The notes beneath the pieces were generated by a model, which saw nothing but the letters and a program-made list of their open reading frames with translations, was not told the DNA's origin and ran no database searches. The position numbers and the translations under genes are program-made. Below, in pieces: positions 50,601 through 59,185 of a stretch of DNA of 64,000 nt (positions are counted from its first letter, which is position 1; each line of letters begins with the position of its first letter). The stretch is from Mnemiopsis leidyi (Eukaryota), in NCBI GenBank assembly GCA_048537945.1, contig CM108484.1:9059785-9123784 (forward strand), given 5' to 3'.

Positions 50601-52493
50601 TCCTAGAGGAGTGTGCTAAGGGCACTTGCCTATGCAATCTTCTTCAGTCGACTCAGGTTAAATGAGAAGGGTCTCTGACCTCTGTTAAAAGATCTGGAAT
50701 CTTCCAGGAGCCCCTTCAGTATCACTGTAAAAGCCTGGGTACAGGACTAAACACCCTAAATTTCAGAGGTAAATTACCATAATGATGTCATCACAGTTGG
50801 GACCCAACCCCCCCCCCCCAAATTTCATGTCAATATACTTTGATTGGCTCATAATTGCCATTCATTATGATCAAAAATTCGTCAAAAACACAGCTCATAA
50901 TTCCAAGACTGCGTGATGCACTACGATAATAACAGCACCTCCTCTAGGTTATCAGACAGCTCCTTAACATCCTCTAGGTAGTTCCTCACTATCCTCCTCT
51001 AACATGAGGCTCTTCTATAAGGCCACATTTCAAAAATGTTTGGAGGATTAACGGCGAAGTTTAACTTATTCAACTTGACCTACAATACATAATTGAACAA
51101 ATCCCCACATAGACAATCTCTCTCCAGTTCCAGCAACCATTAAAAATTTTACAAGCTTTAAGATGTATATACCAGAGCTTGGTAGAATTGTACCATATAC
51201 AGTTCTACCTTAAGTTTTAACAAAAATATTAACCTGAAAATTGTCTTACTTGAATTTCACTGGAAAAAATTTTGATTAAAATCATGATAAATTGATAAAT
51301 TTTTTTTGAAAATTCTAAGAAATCTCCATAAAGTTGTCGATTTTTGATGACATCATCATTGGCAAAATCCCTCACCCCTTCGTCATCAATCGTCATCAGT
51401 TGGAAACCCCCCTCCCCCTAAGTGAAGACATCATATGTGAACGACCCCTTACCGATTTGATCTTTTTTGGTCTCTGCTACACGGCTTGTAAACAGGGATC
51501 GGCCAGATTTACTTTCATTTTATATTGTTTCCTACTTTACTTACAACTTATTATACATGGTCATTCACAAATCATTTAATTTATATCTTAAAATTGTACT
51601 TTGATTGGGTTCAAGTCAATGCAAAGTCTAAAATATCTTAATTGTAATGATTAAAGCTTTTTTTCAAAGCTACCATCATTATCAAATCATTTTAATTTCT
51701 TTTTTATTCTATGCTTGATTGAAATACATAATTTCGTATTTGAGACTTGTTACAGCACTAGGAATGACAATGTTTTTTTTCCTGGAGAAAGCAGTGACTG
51801 GCACCTCCAATCTAACCATTTCTTTATTGCAAGATTGCCTCCCGCAGTCAAAATTTTCATTAAAATCTTTAGTGCCTCCAGACATCTGCTGTACCCCGCT
51901 GGCATCACCAGCTCGTCAATGTGGGATCCCCCTTCCACAAATCCAAGCTAAGCCCCTGAATTGCATGGGCAGGATCATTAATGAGCAAGACATTTTAAGA
52001 TCAACAAACTTCAGACTTCTCCACTCTTGACTCTTCATTCCATGCTCCTTGGAATTTTCAACATGTCACCAAATTTTGCTGAACCTTTTTACAAAATTTG
52101 TTTTCCCCTAGCCTAGTTACAAGTGCACCCTGATTTTTTTCTTGAAGGGGCACTTGCCCCTAGTGTAGCCCCAACCTCCTGAATAATGGGCATGCATTAC
52201 ACAAGGTCGGCTTTGACTTAATTGAATCAGCATTATCAATACACAAATCTTTTCAATTCTTTTTTACTACAGGGTTTTTCAAAAAGATAAATATAGACCT
52301 TTTTACATTGACTTTTAAAACACCCTGACCCCTGCATTTATCTAGCTATCATTTAACGAAAAAAGAGTAAAACCTGTCGGACAAAGGTCGTTGGACCAGT
52401 CAGAACTCTTGTGATATTGCTGCTTTGATCAAGAATGTGTAGATAGTAAAACGGTGGTATCCTGAAGATTCCATCACAATTAGGAGCTTTCAT
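11510..52493 (-). CDS. MVP: Major vault protein gene (16 coding exons; ATG at 52493, TAG at 11512-11510 on the - strand)
   Basis: The minus-strand spliced translation is collinear with vertebrate MVP end to end. It begins [40 protein letters not shown] and [21 protein letters not shown], continues through PFPLYPGE...WLFEGPG and the vault repeats with [70 protein letters not shown] and [30 protein letters not shown], and ends in the coiled-coil tail [21 protein letters not shown]...[18 protein letters not shown]. All junctions are GT-AG and phases are consistent. Exons (plus-strand coordinates, 5'->3' of the gene): 52374-52493, 49791-49916, 49245-49446, 49034-49143, 48546-48758, 47718-47864, 47455-47577, 47129-47278, 46640-46890, 13499-13696, 13120-13273, 12650-12843, 12431-12542, 12104-12277, 11784-11972, 11510-11644. 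Confidence 0.85.
11784..11972 (-). CDS. MVP: MVP exon 15 (..[49 protein letters not shown])
   Basis: Matches MVP [49 protein letters not shown]. Acceptor TTTTTTAG, donor GTATGC. Confidence 0.8.
12104..12277 (-). CDS. MVP: MVP exon 14 (...[41 protein letters not shown])
   Basis: Matches MVP [44 protein letters not shown]. Acceptor ATGCAG, donor GTGAGT. Confidence 0.8.
12431..12542 (-). CDS. MVP: MVP exon 13 ([37 protein letters not shown])
   Basis: Matches [41 protein letters not shown]. Acceptor TTCAG, donor GTGTGAGT. Confidence 0.8.
12650..12843 (-). CDS. MVP: MVP exon 12 ([11 protein letters not shown]...[35 protein letters not shown])
   Basis: Matches MVP NSARIIR...[35 protein letters not shown]. 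Acceptor CTTTCAG, donor GTAAAT. Confidence 0.85.
13120..13273 (-). CDS. MVP: MVP exon 11 ([43 protein letters not shown])
   Basis: Near-identical to [36 protein letters not shown]. Acceptor CTGCAG, donor GTTATT. Confidence 0.85.
13499..13696 (-). CDS. MVP: MVP exon 10 ([29 protein letters not shown]...[12 protein letters not shown])
   Basis: Matches MVP [29 protein letters not shown]...DHARLQLQLAYNW. Acceptor AATTTCAG. Phase 2->1 join gives R and W across the junctions. Donor GTAAGT. Confidence 0.85.
14150..14790 (-). repeat. Satellite family A, block A1 (reverse orientation; about 3.5 divergent monomers)
   Basis: Same reverse-complement monomer as A3. Preceded by a junction (GTGTTAGTCCAGTAGGCCTTTCGGCAAAGTGGTACCA) that is near-identical to the one at 18735. 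Confidence 0.85.
14795..15300 (-). repeat. Satellite family B (~130-bp monomer), block 1, with conserved terminus GTGCCTCCAGCCAGAAAAGACACGTGGTTTTCAG
   Basis: Tandem units read ...TATCAAATTCGGATTC(C/G)TCGTCAAATTTTACGTCAAA...CCATT(T/C)TG(G/A)GGCC(C/T)TATAGGGGT(A/C)ACT(T/A)AA(G/C)GGGTCACGTGAT. The same family in the opposite orientation is at 47945-48425 and 52835-53470. Confidence 0.8.
15790..18750 (+). repeat. Satellite family A, subfamily block A2 (forward orientation; 6-monomer higher-order repeat of ~1070 bp, about 2.8 copies)
   Basis: Monomers carry GGTCGGAACACCTCCAAAAATGCCTAGTACCATGGTCAGCGTACATATTATG. The variant monomer (CCGGTACCAAAATTTCGGCAAATTGGTACCATGGTACCAGAAAGTCCAACTCCGTGG) recurs at ~15950, 16900, 17970 and 18690, giving a 1070-bp period. 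Confidence 0.9.
18790..20600 (-). repeat. Satellite family A, block A3 (reverse orientation; about 10 monomers, more divergent)
   Basis: Monomers read GGAGGTGTTCCGACCGTACGATTTTCTTTAAACTTTCACAGTATGTTTC...CAAGGAAATATCTCGAAATA, which is the reverse complement of the forward monomer. Confidence 0.9.
21590..21830 (+). repeat. Minisatellite, ~22-bp unit (TACGTGTTACTGTCCTCTCAGG), about 10 copies
   Basis: Direct reading. The imperfect tandem copies produce the repetitive [18 protein letters not shown]-type ORF. Confidence 0.85.
21845..45447 (+). repeat. Satellite family A, main array. About 23.6 kb, ~178-bp monomers (~130 copies), with 3/4/5-monomer higher-order units (539, 714, 889 bp) nested in a ~3.06-kb super-repeat
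   Basis: Direct reading of the sequence. The monomer runs CCAAATTTTTTTACATTTTCTGATAGTTTAGATCAAAAGGAACATACTGTGAAAGTTTAAAGAAAATCGCACGGTGGGAACACC...GAAAACTAACACATAGACCC. Every third to fifth copy is a ~185-bp variant monomer carrying the insert CCAAAATTTTGGC(A/T)ATTTGGAACAATGGAACAAGAAAGTCCAACTCCGTGG. The identical ORF-track peptides recur at 539/714/889/2520-bp spacings. The whole array lies inside MVP intron 9. Confidence 0.95.
46640..46890 (-). CDS. MVP: MVP exon 9 ([23 protein letters not shown]...[17 protein letters not shown])
   Basis: Matches MVP [23 protein letters not shown]...VPHNAAVQVYDYREKRAR. Acceptor TTTACAG. Donor GTTGGT at the 5' edge of the 33-kb intron. Ends in phase 2. Confidence 0.85.
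47129..47278 (-). CDS. MVP: MVP exon 8 ([50 protein letters not shown])
   Basis: Matches MVP [44 protein letters not shown]. Acceptor TTCTTCAG, donor GTTTGT. Confidence 0.85.
47455..47577 (-). CDS. MVP: MVP exon 7 ([41 protein letters not shown])
   Basis: Matches MVP [37 protein letters not shown]. Acceptor GACAG, donor GTGAGA. Confidence 0.8.
47718..47864 (-). CDS. MVP: MVP exon 6 ([13 protein letters not shown]...[23 protein letters not shown])
   Basis: Matches [28 protein letters not shown]. Acceptor CTTGCAG, donor GTAAGA. Confidence 0.85.
47945..48425 (+). repeat. Satellite family B, block 2 (in MVP intron 5), ending in the conserved terminus CTGAAAACCACGTGTCTTTTCTGGCTGGGGCAC
   Basis: Reverse complement of the 14795-15300 block, including the 50-bp terminal sequence. 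Confidence 0.8.
48546..48758 (-). CDS. MVP: MVP exon 5 ([15 protein letters not shown]...[10 protein letters not shown])
   Basis: Two vault-repeat GEEWLV cores, matching MVP DRDGKERVTGEEWLV...RTGEEWLVT. Acceptor TATTAG, donor GTTTTA. Confidence 0.85.
49034..49143 (-). CDS. MVP: MVP exon 4 ([20 protein letters not shown]...RAERDCK)
   Basis: Matches MVP GTYIPRKEVEVVEIIQATII..LRARKECWD. Acceptor CACAG, donor GTTTTT. Confidence 0.8.
49245..49446 (-). CDS. MVP: MVP exon 3 ([25 protein letters not shown]...WLFEGP)
   Basis: Matches [28 protein letters not shown]...[10 protein letters not shown]. Acceptor CCTCAG, donor GTACAT. Confidence 0.85.
49791..49916 (-). CDS. MVP: MVP exon 2 ([42 protein letters not shown])
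   Basis: Matches MVP [27 protein letters not shown]...VTGQ. Acceptor TTTGCAG, donor GTTCAA. Confidence 0.85.
50525..50745 (+). mobile_element. tRNA-derived SINE copy (in MVP intron 1)
   Basis: GGTAGTGTTATAGTGGTATCTATCCTGACTTTCTACGCAGGAGATCGGGGGTTCAATTCCCAGATCCGCCAATCCTAGAGGAGTGTGCTAAGGGCACTTGCC...AAGCCTGGGTACAGG. It is not a functional tRNA, because the 3' end does not pair with the 5' acceptor arm. Confidence 0.8.
51340..51457 (-). mobile_element. MITE family 1 terminal fragment (115 bp)
   Basis: The reverse complement matches 56291-56405, including the TIR AGGGGTCGTTCACATATGA. Confidence 0.7.
52374..52493 (-). CDS. MVP: MVP exon 1 ([40 protein letters not shown])
   Basis: Matches the MVP N-terminus (M..[35 protein letters not shown]). 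Donor GTTTTA. Ends in phase 0 and joins exon 2, which begins DNE. Confidence 0.75.
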
Positions 52494-52834
52494 TCTTTCT
52501 GCAAAGATTATGTATTATCTGTGTTAAAGCTTAACAAAATTAGCAATATGAGAACATACCTGAAAATAATTAGGGTGGTGGCAACCACCCCCAAATTTTA
52601 ATGGGAGTTCAAAAAAAGGTGCCATCCCCCCTAGTATGACAACAGGAAGTGTGGTATACGACCCCCCCTGACTTCCTGACCAATCCCGACCCCCCACTGA
52701 CGCTTTTTTGCAAACAAATTGGAGCCCAAAAGGTAAGAGATAGAGACTCGAAAATTTCAGATAAGGTAGATTTCATTACGTTCTACGGCTTTGGCTATGT
52801 TACAATTAGCTCCAACCCCTCTAAGGAACCTTTA

Positions 52835-53470
52835 AGGCCTTAAAAGCCGATATATCCGAATTTGATAGTTTTGAATCCATAAAACGAGCAAGTGACCCCT
52901 TAAGTGAACCCTTATAGGGCCCAAAAATAGAAATTTTCAACTTTAAGCAAGGAGAAAAAATAGACCAGTATTTTGACATAAAATTTGATAAGGAATCCGA
53001 ATTTGATAGTTTTGAATGTGAAAAATGGTCACGTGACCCGTTAAGTGAGCCCTTATAAGGCCTCAAAATGGAAATTTTTAACTATGGCCTAGGGGAAAAG
53101 TTAAACCAGTAAAATTTGATGAGGAATCTAAATGTGAAGGTTTTGAATCCGAAAAATCATCATGTGCCCCCATAAGTGACCCCCTATAGCCAAAAATTGA
53201 AAATTTTTAACTTTGTTGTAGATGAAAAGTTAGACTAGTATTTTCACATAAAATTCGACAAGGAATCCAAATTAAAAGTTTGAAGTCAAAAAATATCACA
53301 TGACCTGCTGAGTATTTTTTGTATTTGTTTTTTGTTACAAAAATTTTGAATTTTTGGCTATAGGGGGTCACTTATGGGGCCACATGATGATTTTTCGGAA
53401 TCAAAACCTTCACATTTAGATTCCTCGTCAAATTTTACTGGTTTAACTTTTCCCCTAGGCCATAGTTGAA
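52835..53470 (+). repeat. Satellite family B, block 3, upstream of the MVP start; the last ~130 bp (53335-53470) is inverted relative to 53085-53200
   Basis: Same monomer family. 53340-53465 is the exact reverse complement of 53085-53200, giving a local inverted duplication. The flanking segment 52560-52830 is the reverse complement of 15290-15560. Confidence 0.8.
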
Positions 53471-53896
53471 AATGAATAATGTTCCCATCCTTCAGCAGCC
53501 TTCTTTCTGTCTGCTAGGGCCAGGATGGTCTGGGGATCGGCTCATTCTTCGGATTGTGACTAGGATTGCAATTAATCAACTCCATGAGATTTGACTTGAA
53601 CACGACATCAAGTATGTTGAACGGTTTTCATAATGAACTTAAGATTTTTTCCAAGCGGGCAGTGACACATGATTTCTTGCATCGTCAACATGACACTCGG
53701 TCTTTGCCGGGTGGGTTGATGGGGCAAGTACCCGCTCATTGAGGTCGAGATTAATTGTTTCTGAATGGAACACTTCTACGTCAACCCACACTTCACTAAT
53801 TTACTGTTTGAGTGTGAGAATGAGATATATTTATAATTTGATTTTTAAAATGCTGTATATAAAATTTGTTGTTTTCTTGAAATTTGTTGTTTTCTT

Positions 53897-54181
53897 GTAC
53901 CCAGGCTTTTACAGTTATACTGAAGGGGCTCCTGGAAGATTCTAGATCTTTTAACGGAGACCCTTCTCATTTAACCCTCAATCACTGTTTCCCGGTCATT
54001 TAGCTAAGTCGACTGAATAAGATTGCATAGGCAAATGCCCTTAGCGCAATCCTCTAGGATTGGCAGATCTGGGAATCAAACCCCCGATCTTCTGCATGGA
54101 AATTATTGTTTTCCTTGAAATTATTGTTTTCCTTGAAAGTCGGGTAGATACCACTACACCACCAACTCACAAAGTGACCCC
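53897..54181 (-). mobile_element. tRNA-derived SINE copy with an internal 18-bp tandem duplication
   Basis: Same family. Contains GGAAATTATTGTTTTCCTTGAAATTATTGTTTTCCTTGAAAG inserted in the tRNA-like head. Confidence 0.8.
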
Positions 54182-54189
54182 TTTTCTTG

Positions 54190-54415
54190 AGCCCCTTCTC
54201 ATTTAACCCTCAATCACTGTTTCCCGGTCATTTAGCTAAGTCGACTGAATAAGATTGCATAGGCAAATGCCCTTAGCGCAATCCTCTAGGATTGGCAGAT
54301 CTGGGAATCGAACCCCCGATCTTCTACATGGAAATTATTGTTTTCCTTGAAATTATTGTTTTCCTTGAAAGTCGGGTAGATACCACTACACCACCAACTC
54401 ACAAAGTGACCCCTT
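54190..54415 (-). mobile_element. Partial SINE copy created by tandem segmental duplication of 53955-54185
   Basis: Carries the same private 18-bp internal duplication as the adjacent copy and lacks the first ~55 bp of the SINE tail. This points to local duplication, not independent insertion. Confidence 0.7.
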
Positions 54416-54419
54416 TTCT

Positions 54420-54530
54420 TAAGCTAGAAGAAAAGTTAGACCAGCATTTAGACGTAAAATTACAAGAAATCTGAAAACCACGTGTATTTTCTGGCTGGAG
54501 GCACGCTTTGCTCTTGAGACTGATATGGAT
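54420..54530 (+). repeat. Satellite family B terminal fragment (one unit plus the conserved CTGAAAACCACGTGTATTTTCTGGCTGG terminus)
   Basis: Matches 48300-48425 and the reverse complement of 14820-14880. Confidence 0.7.
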
Positions 54531-55239
54531 ATTAAATAGATAACGAGTGACCAGTTGTTTTTTTAGTTTTGCCAATTGTTTTTCAATAAACCTTATATGT
54601 GGAAAAACAATTACACTATTAATGCTTAATTCCCTAGTTTCAATACTTTCAACACTAGTTTTAATACTTTCAACACTACTTATATACAAGTAATTCGAGG
54701 AGTAAGTCTTTCGAGGAAGACCTGGGGACGAGATCATGACATTTAACATTTTTTGTAACATCTCAAAACCGGTTGTCTATTTCTGTGAAAGATTATTCAA
54801 CTTGATCTGTGTTTTATTATTGAACCTTTTCTTGGATTAATTCTCTGGATAAAGTAAAAACAGATAAATCAGTACGCTATTTGCTATCAAATTTTCCAAT
54901 TCAGCAATTTGCGGTTTTCCTATAAGAATCGTAAAGAAATATAACAAAATAATTCAAATCAAGTGTGATAAAAAATCATGAATTATACAATTTGTGGAGA
55001 GACAACTGCATAGATTTTATACATGTTTATTAAAGATGAGGTTGTTTTAAAATACAATCCCAAATCATTCCTGAATGAATTGAATGATTTAATATAATTC
55101 TCAGAGGCAGGTTTTTGAGGAGGAACTGACGGAGGTTTTTTAAAACTTTGTTAACAGCTCTAATGAAATATCTTGAAGCTGGTTATCATCATCTAATATT
55201 AAAAAAGATCAACTTAATATCGTATTGAGACCCTATTTG

Positions 55240-57130
55240 ATACTTTTCGCGGTGATACCAGACTAACGTTGCCTGGGGACCTCAGGCTAATTGTTGCTTT
55301 GCAACAATCCGATCGGAGGGAAACGTAGAGAGAGCCGCGCATCGCCTGGTAAGACTCACGCAGCAAAAGCTGACGGATATAATCTCGTCAAATTTGATAC
55401 ATATGGGAGATCTTGCCTGGGAAGATTTTGACTTGGGCAAAAAATGCCTTGGGCAAATTCAAAAATAACTTGCAATTGCCTGGGATTAGGAAGTTACTAA
55501 CCAGAGCCCTTTTGCGCACATCGCGCGCGCCACCTGAGGTGACTGGAAAAGGCTTATTCTAACAGTTTATTTTAGCTGCGTGGCTGCTGTTTTTCTGATG
55601 TTTTTCTGAGCTGCACGTGTTGACGAGATTATATCCGTCTAACGTTCAGCTTTAGCTGCGTGAGTCGGGTATCACCGCGACAACTGCACGTGAAGCTGTC
55701 AACGGGCGATGCGCGTCTAGAATTTCTCCGAAATTCATGTCGCCAGGCCAGAAATGCGTGACAGCGCGTGATGGCCGCGACAGTAGGTTATCAACCTACA
55801 AGTGAAGCTGTAGCGCGCGTAAGCACCTGGTTAGGTGAAGCTGAAGTCGATCCTTGAGTAAGTATTCATCGCAAAGTTCTGGAGTGTGGAAATCTGGTGG
55901 TTTATTTTTGTAAATGGTGCAGTGACAACGCGAACATGTAAAGCATTGTACAGCAGCGCGCACCCTCCCGTCATTTTATTCTTTATTCGCTTCGAATGAC
56001 GGTCGGACAAAGTCAGACAAGTAAAGCAGCGCGCACCCTCCCGTCATTTTATTTGTAGGTTGATAACCTACTGTCGCGGCCATCACGCGCTGTCACGCAT
56101 TTCTGGCCTGGCCTGGCGAATTTCGGAGAAATTCTAGACGCGCATCGCCCGTTGACATTTTATTCTTTATTCATTTTGAATGAGGGTCAAACAAAGTCAG
56201 CTCAGTTATGGTTACAACTGTTAGTGATTAGTTGGATTTTTACTATCCTATTTTTGCCTTGCGTTGCAGCCCATTTTCAATTTTCAAATTAGGGGTCGTT
56301 CACATATGACGTCATCACCTAGGGGGAGGGGGGTTTCCAAATGATGATGATTGATGACGAGGGGGGAGGGAGGTTTGGCCAATGATGATGTCATCAAAAA
56401 TTTTTAGGATTAATAGGATTTTTTTGAAAATTTTTGATCACTTTTAAAAATTTTTATCAGAATTTTACAAAATCGCAAGGAAAATTTTCAAGTAAAATTT
56501 CCGATTCAGAAATTTGGTGAAATACTGTGTTTTCACTGACATAGTATAAAAAATTCAAATATGACTGCAAATCAAAAGACCTAAAATCCAGTTTTTTGAC
56601 ATGAAGTAGGGGGGGGTTCCGACTGTGATGATGTCATTATGTTAATTTACCTCTGACATTTAGGGGGGTTTTTTTCATGATGATGAATGATGACGGAAGG
56701 GGGGGGAGGGGGGTAAAAATTACCGAAAATTTGCTGACGTCATATGTGAACGACCCCTTATTATTTTCAGTCCAGTGTGATATGTTGTCAAACGTTCCCT
56801 GACCTGCTGCCGCGAAGCGGCAGCCCCTATGCGTTAACGAGATGATATCCGTCTAACGGTCTAACGTAAACTTTTAACGAAATACCAGGATAGACGAGAT
56901 TATATCCGTCTAACGTTTTAACGAAACGTTCAGCTTTAGCTGCGTGAGTCGGGTATCACCGCGACAATAAAAATTTTACTAAAATAAGTATGAAGTAGCT
57001 GTTAATGATTTGTATGGCACTTATTTTGTATCTGTTCATTCTATCCTCATTCTGCTCCTCCATGCTCTTACCGGGCGTTGCGCGGCTCTCTCTACGTTTC
57101 CCTCCCCAGGTAACCATGCTCCTCCACGCG
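55240..57130. mobile_element. Complex foldback-type element with nested long inverted repeats and an inserted MITE-1
   Basis: Outer arms: 55290-55330 (GGAGGGAAACGTAGAGAGAGCCGCGCATCGCC) versus 57075-57110 (reverse complement). Repeated GAT(T)ATATCCGTCTAACG(TT) and CAGCTTTAGCTGCGTGAGTCGGGTATCACCGCGACAA blocks at 55360-55690 and 56830-56960. Inner inverted repeat 55700-55810 versus 56040-56160 (...CGGGCGATGCGCGTCTAGAATTTCTCCGAAATTC...GGTTATCAACCTAC...). Direct repeat GCAGCGCGCACCCTCCCGTCATTTTATT x2 at 55960-56060. Confidence 0.6.
56291..56758 (+). mobile_element. MITE family 1 (468 bp; terminal inverted repeats AGGGGTCGTTCACATATGACGTCAT ... ATGACGTCATATGTGAACGACCCCT)
   Basis: 24-bp perfect TIRs with internal G-rich sub-repeats (GGGGGAGGGGGGTTTCC, TGATGATG). 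A 115-bp 5'-terminal fragment of the same element, in reverse orientation, is at 51340-51457. Confidence 0.8.
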
Positions 57131-59185
57131 CTGGTTCTTCAATCCTAAGAGAAAAATTGAATAAAAGAAATTTAAATTGTGTAAGAAAAACATAAAACTT
57201 GACGAAGGCCGATCATGCAATTGCATGTGTCAGACCAAGAAATCATTTAGTCAATAACTTAGCAGAGATTTTACAAGATTTGTTTTATTTACCTGTTCTA
57301 TAGAGTTCTATAAAGCAGGATTAACACCTTTTTTATTTGGGGACAATTATTCATCAAATGTCATTTCCTGAAAAGTGATATCATTATAGTTGTGTGGTTG
57401 TTATGAACATTTTGATCCCCGAACACAGAAAATTGTGTTAATTGAACGTGTTAATGGTACAGAGGACCCTGGATGTAGTTTAGACTGAAGTTTTGACTTT
57501 GAAAAACAATTTGTTTAATTGAAATTTTTGGTCGATTGATACGATTCAGACTCTAGATATGTGTGATAATGTAATGTCAAAATTATGACTTACTTTCTTA
57601 CTTACTCTAATGCTGCTGTAGATCTCAGACTTAGAATAACTTAACAGAGAGCCTCAACGCTGTGTTCACGAGGTTGGATACATCTCGATGGTCTAACCCC
57701 TAACAAAACCAGATAATCCCACTACCAAATCTGACCACTTCAAACCATCTGCACCTAATTAGCATTTTTTGTTTAGCAAGAAACAAGAGAAAAGAACATT
57801 AAAAGAGAAAAGAGAGTTCAGAGTCGGCAAGCACTTTAATGATATGGAGGAAACCTGAACTTGACATCCAAATTCTGTGTGACCAGAACTCACAGTGAGT
57901 TACCAGAACTCACAGTGAGTTACTCACCGCAGCTGTAGAAGCATACCTTAGATCACTACTGTTTGTAACAAGTTTGCCGCTCAGTGCAAAATGAGAAATC
58001 TTTTTCATTTAAGGGATAAAACTTCAGATAAAAAGTCGAACTTCAATCACTCTTGAAGGTGATATACTGTCAAGCCCAAAAATTTCGAAATTGTCTATAT
58101 TTAGCTCAAAGCACAGTCATGAGATAATTATAACTTCTAGAAATGTTGAATAATCAAATATTGGGTTTTAGAACGGCTGGTCTTGAGCAATGAGACGAAC
58201 CAAGTTGTGTTGAAGTGAATTAATTTACCTTTATCATCAGCACTTTATTACAAAATTGACTCAAATTATTTGTATAATAGTAGTAAAATACGATTTTTAG
58301 TAAAATACGATTTTATTTTCTTGGCATTTTACACAATCAAAATATAAAATATAAATCATTTTTCTGCGTTGGATACCCCACGTAATGCGCACACGCGGCA
58401 GCAGGTTGAGGTAGACTTATCAATCACTCTAGGCTGTGCCGCGCACAGTGCCTTGCGCTGAACACTCAACACGTGTCTCTCAGTAATGTAGATTTTACAA
58501 CAAACAATTGTTAGTAAATAAATGTTAGGCTAAACAATTATATGTAAGTGTGTGCTACAGTGATCACGGAATATGGGATAAACCGTAAAAAAAGAAGATA
58601 CATTACTTAATGCTTAGGTTTTTATCATTCGCTGTGACAGCAGAAAAACAAGTATTTTCAGAAAAACAAGCAAAAATATTAATAAAAAAGCAAAAATATT
58701 AATATTCCTAAATAGTCAAGTTAGGATATTCCTGATCCCACCAGAGTTTAAAACATAATTTTCAACGCTGCTCAAAAACATCATAATACTCACCAGTCAG
58801 TGAGCATTCAGGGGAGCGCAATTGCTGCAGTCCTAGTGTTGAAAGTATTAAAACTAGAAATGTTGATAGTTCTTGAGTGTAGGCAAGGCATACTAATTGG
58901 CCTCAGAAGTTACACTCCGCTTGCCTTGGCCAGCATGCTTGCTCCCAATCTACCTTGGTGACCTCCTATTAGAAAATTCGTACATTAATTAAATAAATAG
59001 TAATAATAAATTAAGGTTGATTATTTTGCACCTAGTAAAGAAAAATTTATGAAAACTAAATCCCTAAGCTCAACTGTGCCTAAAAACAAGAATAAGAATA
59101 AACAGCTCAAGCATAACAAAGCTAGAAATACTGACAATAAAAAATATTATCATTACAAATTTAGGCAAAAGGGTCATATAGTTTG

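Larger units (their letters stand above)
50261..51960 (+). mobile_element. MITE family 2 copy interrupted by ~1.16 kb of nested insertions (SINE at 50525-50745, MITE-1 fragment at 51340-51457) in MVP intron 1
   Basis: 50261-50340 matches 62504-62585 (GGCAGTGGCCTAGCCAGGGGGATCCATTGGATCCCCCCTCTTGAAATTAAAATTTAGAAAAATTTTAAGACTA). 51500-51960 matches 62590-62884, ending ...CCCTTCCACAAATCCAAGCTAAGCCCCTG. Confidence 0.7.

Noticed and set aside
51719-52030. ORFs of 103 aa and 78 aa (+) and 62 aa (-)
   Set aside because: They lie entirely inside the MITE-2 copy and the MVP intron 1. There is no homology or coding signal.
57010-57195. 61-aa ORF
   Set aside because: It lies in the right arm of the foldback element. 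Its sequence is the reverse complement of the non-coding left-arm segment 55290-55360.
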